From a virus: DNA of 64,000 bases. The DNA is taken from the IMG/VR virus record IMGVR_UViG_3300046459_000548, positions 28,200 through 92,199 of that record. One strand, given 5' to 3'. This document shows, in pieces, positions 47,235-57,090 of this stretch (positions within the stretch are counted from its first letter, which is position 1; every line of letters begins with the position of its first letter). Made by a program: the position numbers and the translations under genes. Under the pieces are notes generated by a model. The model searched no databases. It was not told where the DNA came from and saw nothing but the letters and a program-made list of their open reading frames with translations.

Positions 47235-47846
47235 ATGCCCACCACGGACAACTACGGGCAAGGCATCAACATCGCCTCCCTCACCGATGCCCCAGACCTG
47301 CCGAAAGCCATCAGCGATCTCGCGAACGGCGTCATCCCGCGCGGCGTACTGCGGTTCCCGTCGGCATCAACCCGAGGCGCCACCATCACCTCGCCGACCG
47401 AAGGCATGATGGCCTGGCTGCAGGATGTCGACCTGCTGACCCTCTACGACGGATCGGCGTGGGTTGTGGTCGCCGCCGGAACACGGTCGTGGACAACGAT
47501 CTCGCTGGCGTCGGGCTGGACCCAGAACGGCAACTCGCAGGGGACGTTCCAGTACCGGATCGTCAATATGTTCGGCGAGGACACGATCATGTTCCGGGGT
47601 GGCATCTCCCGCACCTCCTACCCGGGCACCCTGCCAGCCTTCTTCACCCTCAACGCCAACGCCCTGCCCACCTCTGCACGCCCCAGCACGCTACGCACGA
47701 TCGTCGTGCCCTGCTCCGACGTCTCCTCGGACCGGATCACGCTCAAACTCGACGTGACGACAGACGGCTGGCTGAGCCTCTATGGCGTGGACAGCGTCAA
47801 CAAGCCCCCATGGGTCGGTTTCAACGGCTGCTGGGCCAGCCTCTAA
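47235..47846 (+). CDS. Minor tail/receptor-binding protein
   Basis: [23 protein letters not shown]...YDGSAW, LPTSARP. Confidence 0.78.
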   Translation: MPTTDNYGQGINIASLTDAPDLPKAISDLANGVIPRGVLRFPSASTRGATITSPTEGMMAWLQDVDLLTLYDGSAWVVVAAGTRSWTTISLASGWTQNGNSQGTFQYRIVNMFGEDTIMFRGGISRTSYPGTLPAFFTLNANALPTSARPSTLRTIVVPCSDVSSDRITLKLDVTTDGWLSLYGVDSVNKPPWVGFNGCWASL

Positions 47847-47908
47847 CCACTGCACCACCCCGCCCGCGCCCCGGATCCTGGGCGCCCTTTTCCATGCCCT
47901 GGAGTCCA

Positions 47909-48742
47909 ATGAACACTCACGAATACCGGCCGATCGATCCCAGACTCGGTCGCCACGTCGAACACGACCCCCGAAGCCTCGCCTACGCACACGGCGTGCT
48001 GCCCGCGTCGGCGATCAAGTCCGTCGAGTGGACGCGCCGTACCCCGATTCTCGACCAGGGCCAGTTGGGTTCGTGCACGGGCAACGCTGGCACCGGCCTG
48101 CTCGGCACCGACTCTGCTGGGCGCACGGGCTGGACCTCGGTTGCCATCACCGACACCGCGGCGAAGGCCTCGCATGGCGTGTTCGAGGCCGGGATCCACC
48201 CACTCGACGAGCAGTTCGCGGTCGCCCTGTACTCCCTGGCCACGATCCTGGACGGGGTCTCCGGGCAGTACCCGCCGACCGACACCGGCTCGACCGGGCT
48301 CGGCGTCGCGAAGGCCCTCAAGACGCTCGGGCTCGCGACCGGCTACACCCACGCGTTCGCGATGAGCGCGCTCGACTCTGCGCTGCAGCAGGGGCCCGTG
48401 ATGATCGGTATCCCGTGGCTGAACAGCATGTTCGACACGGCCACCGACGGACGGATCCTCGTCGACCACGCCTCTGGCGTCGCCGGCGGCCACGAGCTCG
48501 AGCTCAACCGCTACGACGCCACCACCGGCCAGTACTGGATCACCAACTCGTGGGGTCGCGGCTGGGGAGTCCAGGGCTCCGGCTACTTCACCGCCGTCGA
48601 CCTCGGCTGGCTGCTGTCGCAGCAGGGCGACGTCACCGTGCCCGCCTGGGCGACCGCCCCCACCCCAACTCCGATGTCCGTGGTCACGGTCGCTCAACTC
48701 GGCGCCGACATCCGCGCCCTGCTCGACAAGAACGGAGCCTGA
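47909..48742 (+). CDS. Papain-like (C1 family) cysteine peptidase
   Basis: [22 protein letters not shown] (Q/C/H/N catalytic set). Confidence 0.88.
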   Translation: MNTHEYRPIDPRLGRHVEHDPRSLAYAHGVLPASAIKSVEWTRRTPILDQGQLGSCTGNAGTGLLGTDSAGRTGWTSVAITDTAAKASHGVFEAGIHPLDEQFAVALYSLATILDGVSGQYPPTDTGSTGLGVAKALKTLGLATGYTHAFAMSALDSALQQGPVMIGIPWLNSMFDTATDGRILVDHASGVAGGHELELNRYDATTGQYWITNSWGRGWGVQGSGYFTAVDLGWLLSQQGDVTVPAWATAPTPTPMSVVTVAQLGADIRALLDKNGA

Positions 48743-48744
48743 CC

Positions 48745-49521
48745 ATGGCACTCATGCCCGGGACCACCTACATAGGCCCGACACCGAACAAGGTCGTCGA
48801 CGGCATGGTCGAGGTCCGCGGCCTCGTCCTCCACATCCAACAAGGAACCGAAGCCGGTTCCGAGGCCTGGTTCAAGAACCCGACCGCGCAGGCCTCCGCA
48901 CATTTCCTCAACCCCAAGACCGGCGGCCTGCGGCAGCTCGTCGACACCAAGGACCGCGCCTGGGCGGAAGCGGCGGGAAACTCCCACTGGGTGAGCGTCG
49001 AGAACGAGGGCTTCGTCCCCACCGCGCTGACCGCGTCGCAGGTCGAGAACTGCGCGCAGCTCCTGGCGTGGCTGCACAAGACGTACAGCGTGCCGCTGCA
49101 GTCGACCGACGACCCCAACGGCAAGGGCCTCGGCTGGCACGGCATGGGCGGCGCCGCCTGGGGCGGCCACACGGGTTGCCCGGGCGACGCGATCAAGGCA
49201 CAGCGGCCCGCGATCATCGCGCGGGCGAAGGCGATCCTCGGGCTCACCCCGCCGCCGGCCCCGAAGCCCACCTACGAGCCGTTCCCCGGCGCCTCGTTCT
49301 TCACGTCCGGCCGCCGCTCGCCGATCATCGCGGCGATGCACAAGCGGCTCGTCGCCGAGGGCTGCAACAAGTACGCGTCTTCGGCGAACGCCGACGTCTG
49401 GGGCAGCGGCGACGAGCGCTCCTACGCGGCCTGGCAGCGGAAGCTCGGCTACGCCGGGACCTCCGCCGACGGCATCCCCGGACCTACCTCGTGGGGCAAG
49501 CTCCACGTCCCCAACGTCTGA
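48745..49521 (+). CDS. Endolysin: N-acetylmuramoyl-L-alanine amidase plus peptidoglycan-binding domain
   Basis: LVLH, SAHF, RAWA, SVENEG, GWH...HTGCPG; AWQRKLGY...ADGIPGPTSW. Confidence 0.92.
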   Translation: MALMPGTTYIGPTPNKVVDGMVEVRGLVLHIQQGTEAGSEAWFKNPTAQASAHFLNPKTGGLRQLVDTKDRAWAEAAGNSHWVSVENEGFVPTALTASQVENCAQLLAWLHKTYSVPLQSTDDPNGKGLGWHGMGGAAWGGHTGCPGDAIKAQRPAIIARAKAILGLTPPPAPKPTYEPFPGASFFTSGRRSPIIAAMHKRLVAEGCNKYASSANADVWGSGDERSYAAWQRKLGYAGTSADGIPGPTSWGKLHVPNV

Positions 49522-49540
49522 GCCCAGAAACGAGACTCCC

Positions 49541-49906
49541 ATGAAGATCTTCGGTAGAGACCCCGTGCTGTTCCTGAACAGCCTGTCCGCCATCCTCGGC
49601 CTCGTCGTCACCTTCAACGTCGGCCTCACCGAGGACCAGGCCGGCTGGGTCGTCGCGGGCGTGTCCGCGGTTCTCGGCGCGATCGCCGCGGCGCTGACCC
49701 GGCCGATCGCCGTGCAGGCGTTCACCACGCTCGTCGCCACCGTCGCCTCCGCCGTGGCCGCGTTCGGCTACAACGTGGCGCCAACTACCACGGCCGCCAT
49801 CAACGGCCTCGTTCTCGCCGTCATCATGTTCATCACCCGCGGCCAGGTCTCCCCGGCCAGCCCGACCGCGCCCGCCTCGCAGCCCGCGAAGCCGAGCAGC
49901 GTCTGA
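49541..49906 (+). CDS. Holin
   Basis: IFGRDP, 4 TM segments, RGQVSP; follows the endolysin. Confidence 0.8.
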   Translation: MKIFGRDPVLFLNSLSAILGLVVTFNVGLTEDQAGWVVAGVSAVLGAIAAALTRPIAVQAFTTLVATVASAVAAFGYNVAPTTTAAINGLVLAVIMFITRGQVSPASPTAPASQPAKPSSV

Positions 49907-49919
49907 TCGGAGCACCACC

Positions 49920-50270
49920 GTGGCCGACGAGCCGATGACCCTCGGCGAGGTCGCCAGACGCCTCGAGGCCATTCATGCCGACCTCAAAGAGGATCTCCGG
50001 GAGTACGGGGCCCGGCTCGACAAAAAGGTCAGCGTCGAGCGGTACGAGCTCGAGCGGCGTGCCGCCGACGAGGTGCACCGGCAAGTGATCGAGCGGGTCG
50101 CAGCCATCGAAGCAGGCCGCCAGCAGGAGCAGCGGGAAGCCGAAGCGGACCGGCGGAAACGGCAGGACGAACGACGCTCCGACAGGAGGCTCGTGTTCTC
50201 TTGTCTGGCAGCGCCGATCCTCCTCCTGCTCCTGCAGGCGTATTTGGCGGCGAGAGGAGCAGGTTCGTGA
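49920..50270 (+). CDS. Lysis-cassette coiled-coil membrane protein
   Basis: [10 protein letters not shown]..., C-terminal TM. Confidence 0.75.
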   Translation: MADEPMTLGEVARRLEAIHADLKEDLREYGARLDKKVSVERYELERRAADEVHRQVIERVAAIEAGRQQEQREAEADRRKRQDERRSDRRLVFSCLAAPILLLLLQAYLAARGAGS

Positions 50271-50935
50271 AGGGCCACCGGAGTCGAGAGCAGATACAGC
50301 ACCGACGGGACATCACCTACGGCGTGCTGGTCCTGTTCGGCGTCGTCCTGTTCACGCTGCTCGTTCTCTGGCTGCAGGAACTCACACACGACTTGCGGAC
50401 CGCCAACGACGCCCGCGACGCGCTGTCTCGACAGGTCCAGCAACTCGGAGAGAAGCCCGTCGCGGGACCGCCCGGATCCCGCGGCGACCCCGGACAGTCC
50501 GTCACCGGGCCCCAAGGCCCGCAGGGTATTCAGGGCGAGCCCGGCCCGACCGGGCCCCTCGGTCCAGTCGGACCCTCGGGCAGCCCCGGCAAGAATGGCA
50601 TCAACGGATCCAACGGCAGCCCAGGCGTGGGCGTCATCGGCCCAACTGGCGTCGCTGGCAGCAACGGTGCAGCGGGGCAGCAAGGCCCCCAAGGCGAACC
50701 CGGGCCGGTCGGCCCCACCGGACCGCAGGGTCCAGCCGGCGCCGACGGCAAGGACGGAACCGACGGCAAGAACGGGACGGACGGCCAGACCTGCCCGGAC
50801 GGGTACAGTCTCCAGGCCCCCGCCTACGACCCGGACGCTCTCGTCTGCCGTAGAGACGGAGCCCCGCAACCCTCGCAGCAGAAGAGCGGGTTGCTCGGCA
50901 TGGGCCTCGACCCGAACCGCCGCCAGTACATGTAG
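50267..50935 (+). CDS. Membrane-anchored collagen-like protein
   Basis: [14 protein letters not shown], Gly-X-Y repeats, CPDGY...LVC. Confidence 0.82.
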   Translation: MKGHRSREQIQHRRDITYGVLVLFGVVLFTLLVLWLQELTHDLRTANDARDALSRQVQQLGEKPVAGPPGSRGDPGQSVTGPQGPQGIQGEPGPTGPLGPVGPSGSPGKNGINGSNGSPGVGVIGPTGVAGSNGAAGQQGPQGEPGPVGPTGPQGPAGADGKDGTDGKNGTDGQTCPDGYSLQAPAYDPDALVCRRDGAPQPSQQKSGLLGMGLDPNRRQYM

Positions 50936-50943
50936 GAGCACGC

Positions 50944-51105
50944 ATGCCCGACCCGATCCCGCGGACCCCTCGCCGCGACGACACCGCGGCCGACACCCGG
51001 TCGCTCGAGCAGCTCGGCCGCATCGACCCGCAGCCAATACCGGCTCCGTCGATCCGGCCGTTCCTCGAACCCGACCTGCCGCCGGCGCCGGTCGACGACG
51101 AATGA
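50944..51105 (+). CDS. Small Pro-rich hypothetical protein
   Basis: AGGAG RBS; MPDPIPRTPRRDDTAADTRSLEQLG; ends before the terminator. Confidence 0.55.
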   Translation: MPDPIPRTPRRDDTAADTRSLEQLGRIDPQPIPAPSIRPFLEPDLPPAPVDDE

Positions 51106-51115
51106 CCGCACGATA

Positions 51116-51160
51116 GCGCCCCCGCCGCTGCCCTTTACGGGCGGCGGCGGGGGCGCTTTG
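51116..51160 (+). terminator. Terminator ending the late operon
   Basis: GCGCCCCCGCCGCTGCCC-TTTAC-GGGCGGCGGCGGGGGCGC-TTTG. Confidence 0.8.
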
Positions 51161-51173
51161 TCGTGCGGGGGTT

Positions 51174-51782
51174 CTAGTTCCAGCCGCCGAAGATGCCGCC
51201 GCTGAGCTGCGCGTTGCAGATGTTGTACCCACCCGAGGCGTGCCCGGACTTCGTCTTGCCGTCCACGGTCACCGAGCAGTGGATGTCGCCGCCGCCCTGC
51301 AGCTGGGCGGTGACGTTGTAGTACATGGCGTCGTCCTTCAAGGTCAGCGTCTTCGTCATCGGCAGGCCGTGACCCTGGATGCTGTCGGAGTCGCTGCCGT
51401 AGGTGATATCCACACCGGCCGACGCGCTGCCCCACACCTTGAACACCACCTTGTCCTTGGGCGCTTCGGCCTTCTTCGGCGTGGCCTTCACGGCGGCTGG
51501 CTTCGCAGTCTGCGTCACGGTGACCGTCGGGGCGGGCTTGGCGTTGCCTGCTGCGGCCGTTTCGGTGACGGTGACGCGCGGTGCGGGCTTCGCGTCGGCG
51601 GTCGTCTTCTGGTCGCCACCGGAGGAGCCGATGCCGACTCCGATGAACAGGATGACCAGGGCGGCGGGGATGGCGATCCGCTTGCGCGCCCACTTCGGGC
51701 GGCCGACGGGCTGCGGCGGCATCGGAGGCGGCGGCACCTGGCCCCAAGCGGGCCCGGACGGCGGCTGCTGGTTGTACGACAT
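51174..51782 (-). CDS. Membrane-anchored surface protein with MmpS-like C-terminal domain
   Basis: Pro-rich N-terminus, RPKWARKR+TM, Thr-rich linker, ITYG...LP...TAQ...CSVTVDGK...C. Confidence 0.78.
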   Translation of the reverse strand: MSYNQQPPSGPAWGQVPPPPMPPQPVGRPKWARKRIAIPAALVILFIGVGIGSSGGDQKTTADAKPAPRVTVTETAAAGNAKPAPTVTVTQTAKPAAVKATPKKAEAPKDKVVFKVWGSASAGVDITYGSDSDSIQGHGLPMTKTLTLKDDAMYYNVTAQLQGGGDIHCSVTVDGKTKSGHASGGYNICNAQLSGGIFGGWN

Positions 51783-51995
51783 GTGTCCCCCCAGGGATGG
51801 TTCGTGGAGGGATGACCGTAACGGCGCAGGTGAGAAAAATGTAAGAGCCACGGAGATACGGTGATGAAACCGTAACGAAATGTGAACCTTCAATGAATGT
51901 GCCCGCCCCCAGTACGAGAGCGGGGTGCTTGTGAGCTCGCGCGCGGGTGCCCAGCCCGCTTCTCTGCCAACCGGCAGGGAAGCGGGGGCGTTTTG

Positions 51996-52604
51996 TCATG
52001 CCTGCGGGTCAAAGGGCGGGTTTTCTAGGTGCCGGGCGATGACCCATTCCTCGTCGCCGCGCCGGCAGGTCAGCACAAGCCGAATCAGGTTGCCAGCGTT
52101 CTCGCCCTGCCACACGCCCTGACTCTTGCCCTCCATCCAAAGGGCGGGCCTGGTGCGCTGCATCGCCCGGGATGTCCCAGCGCCCACGTCGAGCGGGAAG
52201 GCTCTTGGCCCACGCCCATGCTCGTCCGTGCCGTTGACGCTCGGGGTGAACCGGAAAGGCCCCCAGACGAAGGCGTCGGCATCGTCCTGCGTCAAGTTAT
52301 CGGTGGGGTGGACAACGGTGTGGTCCATGTCGTCATTGCCGACGGCTATAGCCACTTCGTCGAGTTGGCGGAGCGCATCGGGCCCGCTGAGGTGCACACT
52401 CAGCAGGGCCTGGCCGTTGCCGGTCTCCGTCAAGGCGAGGTCGAACTGTGGCGTCAGCTCGGCGTGCCAACGCTCACGCTCGATGCGGGTCAGGACCTCT
52501 GCGGTCTTCGCGGACCGATGCGCGGCAAGCCACGCGCCGGCTGTCGCGACCGCACTCAGGGCGGCCGTGGAGAAGGTGGCGATGTCGCCCCAGGGGATGC
52601 TCAT
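51996..52604 (-). CDS. Hypothetical protein with N-terminal TM
   Basis: MSIPWGDIATFSTAALSAVATAGAWLAA...RWHAELTPQF. Confidence 0.7.
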   Translation of the reverse strand: MSIPWGDIATFSTAALSAVATAGAWLAAHRSAKTAEVLTRIERERWHAELTPQFDLALTETGNGQALLSVHLSGPDALRQLDEVAIAVGNDDMDHTVVHPTDNLTQDDADAFVWGPFRFTPSVNGTDEHGRGPRAFPLDVGAGTSRAMQRTRPALWMEGKSQGVWQGENAGNLIRLVLTCRRGDEEWVIARHLENPPFDPQA

Positions 52605-52727
52605 GCGGCCGGAGCGTAGCGGGAGTTGAAGCCCGCGGCGCCCCAGCCCCGAAGGCTCCTGCGCCCTGGCCTCGAACGAGAGCGGGGCGCAGTCGTTCTC
52701 TGTGGCCGTTCGGCTCGTTCTCCTTGC

Positions 52728-52952
52728 ATGACCGAACTCTTCTGCTACGCCTGCGCCGAGCTGCGACTCGGGCCGGCTGCCGTTGCTGCTGCGCGACGGA
52801 ACGCGGCTAGTGCACCGCCCCTTACCGCAGAGCAGAAGGTCCACCTTCGCGCGCTGTTCCAATCGGCTCAACCCCTCCCCGGCGAGCAGGTCGAGCCGCG
52901 ACGTATGGCCTGCGGACATCAGCCGGGGGAGCGGGTTTACGACGTTTCCTGA
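52728..52952 (+). CDS. Small hypothetical protein
   Basis: APPLTAEQKVHLRALF motif, similar in pattern to 53380. Confidence 0.4.
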   Translation: MTELFCYACAELRLGPAAVAAARRNAASAPPLTAEQKVHLRALFQSAQPLPGEQVEPRRMACGHQPGERVYDVS

Positions 52953-52974
52953 GGGGCGACCCGCTGGAGGTGCG

Positions 52975-53262
52975 TCAGAACGGCGCATCACCGTTGCCCT
53001 CGATGCGCATCCGGAACTGCCCGGCGGGGGAGTCGAGCCAGTCGGAGATGTCGGGGCGCACGAACTTGCCCTCACCGCGTTCTGTTCGCAGGGCACCTTG
53101 CTGCAGATTCGTCAGCTCGATCGGTTGGCTCTGCGCGGGAACGCTGAGCGTCCCGCCCCAGTCCGTGCGTCCAGCGAGCGTCGTCTTCGTCAGGTTCGCA
53201 GTGACGGCCAATTCGCGGCCATTGTCGAGGATCAGAGAGGCCTCGCCTCTGTAGGTGCTCAT
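52975..53262 (-). CDS. DUF4873-like small beta protein
   Basis: MSTYRGEASL...WGGTL...IEGNGDAPF. Confidence 0.7.
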   Translation of the reverse strand: MSTYRGEASLILDNGRELAVTANLTKTTLAGRTDWGGTLSVPAQSQPIELTNLQQGALRTERGEGKFVRPDISDWLDSPAGQFRMRIEGNGDAPF

Positions 53263-53379
53263 GGTCGGAGGCTAGCGAGAACGTCAAGTCGAAGGGCTCG
53301 CGGAGTGGCATCACCCCGGATGCACTCTTCGTTCCCGGGGTGAGGCGCATCCTTCTGGCCGGCGGCTCGGTTGCAGGGC

Positions 53380-53556
53380 ATGCACGCAGAAGAACGCCGA
53401 CGGATTCTCGGTGACGCCGTCATCGCCGAGATCCACGCCCGAGTGGCAGCCGCCCCGGAGCCCAGCCCGGAGGTCATCGACAAGGTCCGGCGGATCCTCA
53501 CCCGCCCCGCGGGGCGGACCGCCGAAGCGCGGGCCCAGGACAGAGGTAGCGCATAA
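53380..53556 (+). CDS. Small hypothetical protein
   Basis: ERRRILGDAVIAEIHARVAAAPEPSPEV. Confidence 0.55.
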   Translation: MHAEERRRILGDAVIAEIHARVAAAPEPSPEVIDKVRRILTRPAGRTAEARAQDRGSA

Positions 53557-53582
53557 CGTCGGCTTGCGTGCTCCGTCGCGAG

Positions 53583-53705
53583 CGTCCGGAAACGATCGTC
53601 TGTGTGACAGGACTCAGTCCGGGCACTCATCCTGGGGAAGCGCTGTAACGTAACTCGTGTACGCATCTATGTAACGCGCAACCCCCTTGCCGATACACTA
53701 AGTTC
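53583..53705 (+). promoter_or_regulatory. Probable res site/promoter of the resolvase
   Basis: AT-richer segment with two TGTAACG copies (53644, 53669) directly upstream of the resolvase; no RBS, so likely leaderless. Confidence 0.5.
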
Positions 53706-54275
53706 ATGAGGATCGGCGTAGCGCGAGTCTCGACCCGAGACCAAAACCCCGAAGCCCAGCAGGACGCACTCATCGCAGCTGGCTGCGAACGCGTCTTCAC
53801 CGACAAGGCGTCCGGCAAGCTCGCCCGGCGCCCCGAACTCGACAAGGCCCTCATGGTCGCCCGCGAAGGCGACCAGCTCGTCATCACCAAACTCGACCGA
53901 CTCGGCCGCTCCCTGAAGAACCTCATCGAGCTGTCCGAAGAGCTCCGCTCGCGCGGGATCGGCCTAGTTGTCCTCGACCAGGGCATCGACACGGCGACTC
54001 CGGCCGGCCGCCTCTTCTTCCAGATCATCGGCGCTATTGCCGAGTTCGAGCACGCACTGATGTCGGACCGCACCCTGGATGGCCTTGAAGCGGCGCGAGC
54101 GCGCGGCCGGACGGGAGGCCAGAAGCCCAAGCTCGGCAAGCGTCAGATCAAGCTCGCGCAGCAGATGTACGACGAGACCGGCATCGACGGCAAGCGTAAG
54201 TACACCGTGCAGCAGATCGCCGACGAGTTCGGCGTTAGCCGGCCCACCATCTATCGCCACTTGGAGCGCGCATGA
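53706..54275 (+). CDS. Small serine recombinase (resolvase/invertase)
   Basis: ARVSTRDQ, DKASG, RPEL, KLDRLGRS, GLEAARARGRTGG, C-terminal HTH. Confidence 0.95.
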   Translation: MRIGVARVSTRDQNPEAQQDALIAAGCERVFTDKASGKLARRPELDKALMVAREGDQLVITKLDRLGRSLKNLIELSEELRSRGIGLVVLDQGIDTATPAGRLFFQIIGAIAEFEHALMSDRTLDGLEAARARGRTGGQKPKLGKRQIKLAQQMYDETGIDGKRKYTVQQIADEFGVSRPTIYRHLERA

Positions 54276-55137
54276 CGAGCGGCCGGCCGGAACCATGGGA
54301 CGTGAGCACGGAAGCCGCCGTCCACATCAGCGCACTGATGGACCTGTTTCGCCAAGCATGCCGACGGCAGGGGTGGACGCTCGACGTGGAGCGCGGCCTG
54401 GTTGGCTGGACCGATGTCAGGTGCAGCGCCGGGCACGAATTCAGCGTCAGGGCGTGGGACCTCCTGTCCGTCCGCAAGCCCTTCGGGGGCGACCCGAGCG
54501 AGCCGTGGTGTAGGAAGTGCCGCAGCGTTGGCTGGGTCGCGGAGTGTTTGGCTGTTCTGAAGTCGGTCGCGGAGGCTCAAGGCGTAGAACTCACAGCCAC
54601 GGACGAGGACGACGAATCAAAGGAAGGCCACGTCGTGTTCGCGGCGGAGTGCTCGCAGGGACACCACTTCAGGACGACTGGGCCCAACGCGAGGGGCTGG
54701 CGCGGTGATCCGGTCGACGTCCTGTGCCCCGACTGTCGGCAGGCTGCTGCGTTCGCGGAAGGCTTCGCCAAAGCCGAGGCGGTAATCCGTGAGACTCGAT
54801 CCATGGTCGTGAAGGAGTACCGCAACGCCCTCGATATCAGGTGCCGCCGTGGCCACCCACACACGTTCCGCGTGGACGGCCGGATGGAACGTGAGGCGAT
54901 ACGGCCGGACTTCTGTGGCGCCTGCACCAAACTCGCCAAGTTCCAAGAGTTTTCCGAAAGAGCCAAGGATCTCGGCATCACCGTACTGGAGTCGCAGTGG
55001 ATAGCAGCGTCCCGTGCCCACCAGGCGGTCTGCTTCGCTGGGCACGAGTTCGGGCTCGTCCCGAACAAGATGAAGCGCGGGTGCCCCGAGTGCCCTCGGG
55101 GGATGTACGGCGGCGCCGTCCCACCTCACGACGTGTA

Positions 55138-56555
55138 GAGTAATTGTCAAGACCTGTGGATCAGTTGAGGTGGATCACGCTGCGAAGGTCTCGTCTCGTT
55201 CGACGAGGAGGCCGTTCTCGAAGCGGGCGCCGGCTCGGACGAGGGCGACGAGGTGCGGTGCGGTGACCGCTCGCCAGCGGGCCTGGGCGGACTCAACGAG
55301 TTTGAAGACCATCGCGAGGGCCGCGGCCGGGCTGCCGGCGCCGCGGGTGACCTTGGTCCGAAGCTTCACGGTGGAGAAGGTCGACTCGATCGGATTCGTC
55401 GTCCTGAGATGGACCCAGTGCTCGGCGGGGAAGTCGTAGAACGCCAGCAGCTCGTCGACCTCGCCGGTGATCTTCCTGACGGCCTTGGGGAACTTCGCCC
55501 CGTACGCCTTCTCGAACGCGGTGACCGCCTTCTCGGCGTGCGCACGGTCCTCGGCGTTGTAGATCTCCTGCAGAGCCTTCTTCGCGCCGGGCTGCGCGGA
55601 CTTCGGCAGCGCGTTCGAGACGTTCCTTGTTTTGTGAACCCAACACCTCTGGTGCCTGGCCTGCGGAAACACCTCCGCCAGCGCCCTCCACAGGCCCATC
55701 GCACCGTCGCCGACCACGAGCATCGGGTCGCGCATCCCGCGACGTCGGCAGTCGCGCAGCAGGTCCGCCCAGGACTCGGTGGACTCGCGCAGACCCTCGG
55801 TGATCGCGATGAGTTCCTTGGTGCCGTCGACGCGGACGCCCATCAGGACCAGGAGGCAGGAGTGCGTCTGGGACAAGCGGATCTTGGGATGGACGCCGTC
55901 GGCCCAGACGTAGACGTAGTCGGATCCGGCCAGGTCACGGCGCTGGAACTCGGCGTGGTCGGCGGTCCACTGCTGCGTCAGCCGGGTCACCGTGGCCGGC
56001 GACAGCCCGGCCGAGGAGCCCAGGAACTGTTCCATCGCGGGCACGAAGTCGCCCGACGACAGGCCGTGGAGATAGAGCAGCGGCAGCACCTCGCTGATCT
56101 TCGGGGACTTCCGGCACCACGGCGCCAGGATCTTCGAGGAGAACCGCTGACGTTCACCCGTCGTCTCGTCGACCCGCTTGTCGTTCACGCGCGGGGCGGC
56201 CACCTCGATGGGCCCGGCAGCCGTGGTCACGGTCCGCGGCCGGTGCCGGCCGTTGCGGACCACCAGTCGGCGACCGGCCTCGTCACGCTGCCCGGCGAGC
56301 TCGGCTATGTACTGGTCCACCTCCGCCTCCAGAGCGGCGGCCAGCATCCGCCGAGCACCCTCGCGGACGATCTCGTCGATCAGGGAACCGGCCTCGGTGG
56401 TGCCGTCTTCATTGACTACGCTGAGCACGGGCGTGCCTTCCCGACCCGCGTTCGCAGCGCGGGCCTACTCGGTGACTTGACGATCACTCACTCGGGAAGG
56501 TACGCCCTTCGCGCGTCCTCCAGAGGAGCTGATCCACAAGTCCTGAGCATTGCTC
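55138..56555 (-). mobile_element. IS256-family insertion sequence (1418 bp), 9-bp target-site duplication CGACGTGTA
   Basis: Inverted repeats GAGTAATTGTCAAGACCTGTGGATCAG / reverse complement GAGCAATGCTCAGGACTTGTGGATCAG; duplication at 55129-55137 and 56556-56564. Confidence 0.95.
55175..56428 (-). CDS. IS256-family DDE transposase
   Basis: RNG, YVWADG, VVGDGAMG, QRCWVHK, RTTNPIES. Confidence 0.96.
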   Translation of the reverse strand: MLSVVNEDGTTEAGSLIDEIVREGARRMLAAALEAEVDQYIAELAGQRDEAGRRLVVRNGRHRPRTVTTAAGPIEVAAPRVNDKRVDETTGERQRFSSKILAPWCRKSPKISEVLPLLYLHGLSSGDFVPAMEQFLGSSAGLSPATVTRLTQQWTADHAEFQRRDLAGSDYVYVWADGVHPKIRLSQTHSCLLVLMGVRVDGTKELIAITEGLRESTESWADLLRDCRRRGMRDPMLVVGDGAMGLWRALAEVFPQARHQRCWVHKTRNVSNALPKSAQPGAKKALQEIYNAEDRAHAEKAVTAFEKAYGAKFPKAVRKITGEVDELLAFYDFPAEHWVHLRTTNPIESTFSTVKLRTKVTRGAGSPAAALAMVFKLVESAQARWRAVTAPHLVALVRAGARFENGLLVERDETFAA

Positions 56556-57090
56556 CGACGTGTACTACATCGTGAGCGGCTTGGACGCGAAGACCGGCAG
56601 GGGGACCGTGAAGCCTGGCATCAGCTCCGGGAGCGGCTACAACCGGCTGCGGCAGCACGCCGAAGACGGGCTGACCGTGCAGCACCTGCGGGTCTCAGGG
56701 TTGCCCGTCGGCATGGCGAGAGCGCTGGAAAGGTTCGTCCTGGACGGACTCGACAGTGAAGGATGGCTGTCCATCCGAGGTGTTGAGTACTTCCCAGTGG
56801 CAGCTCTACAAGACGTCATGGACTTGGTGGGCGAATGGTTCACAGATCAGCCTGGGCTTTGTGCCCGACCGTTCGTCGTTGACGTCGGCGATGTGTGCGA
56901 CCCCGGCGAAGCCCCCGAGGTGCATGATGTTGTGGATGTCGACGTTGACACCGCCGTGGTATTCGACTCCGACGACATCAGGCCTTCGCTGGCCTCATGA
57001 ACCAGCGTCCAGCCTTGCGCCCGCCCCCGAGTTGGGGCGGGCGCTCGTGCGTCTCGCGTTGGGTGTCCATGAATGCCCGTGCGGCCTGGC

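Larger units (their letters stand above)
54272..57000 (+). pseudogene. Zn-ribbon repeat/GIY-YIG-like nuclease gene interrupted by IS256
   Basis: Removing the IS and one target-site copy joins ...PPHDV|YYIVSG...KPGISS...RLRQH...LE...EYF in frame (433 aa). Four CxxGH...CxxC repeats. Confidence 0.85.

Noticed and set aside
14760-47846. Contractile injection system or tailocin
   Set aside because: No sheath or baseplate wedge genes. Capsid, portal and terminase indicate a siphovirus.
50267-50935. Collagen-like protein as a tail fibre
   Set aside because: It has an N-terminal TM and lies after the holin, which fits a lysis-cassette membrane protein.
53706-54275. Serine recombinase as the prophage integrase
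   Set aside because: Only 189 aa with an HTH. It lacks the large recombinase and Zn-ribbon domains of serine integrases.
56560-57000. Independent 146-aa gene after IS256
   Set aside because: It is the 3' half of the gene starting at 54272; its GTG lies within the target-site duplication.
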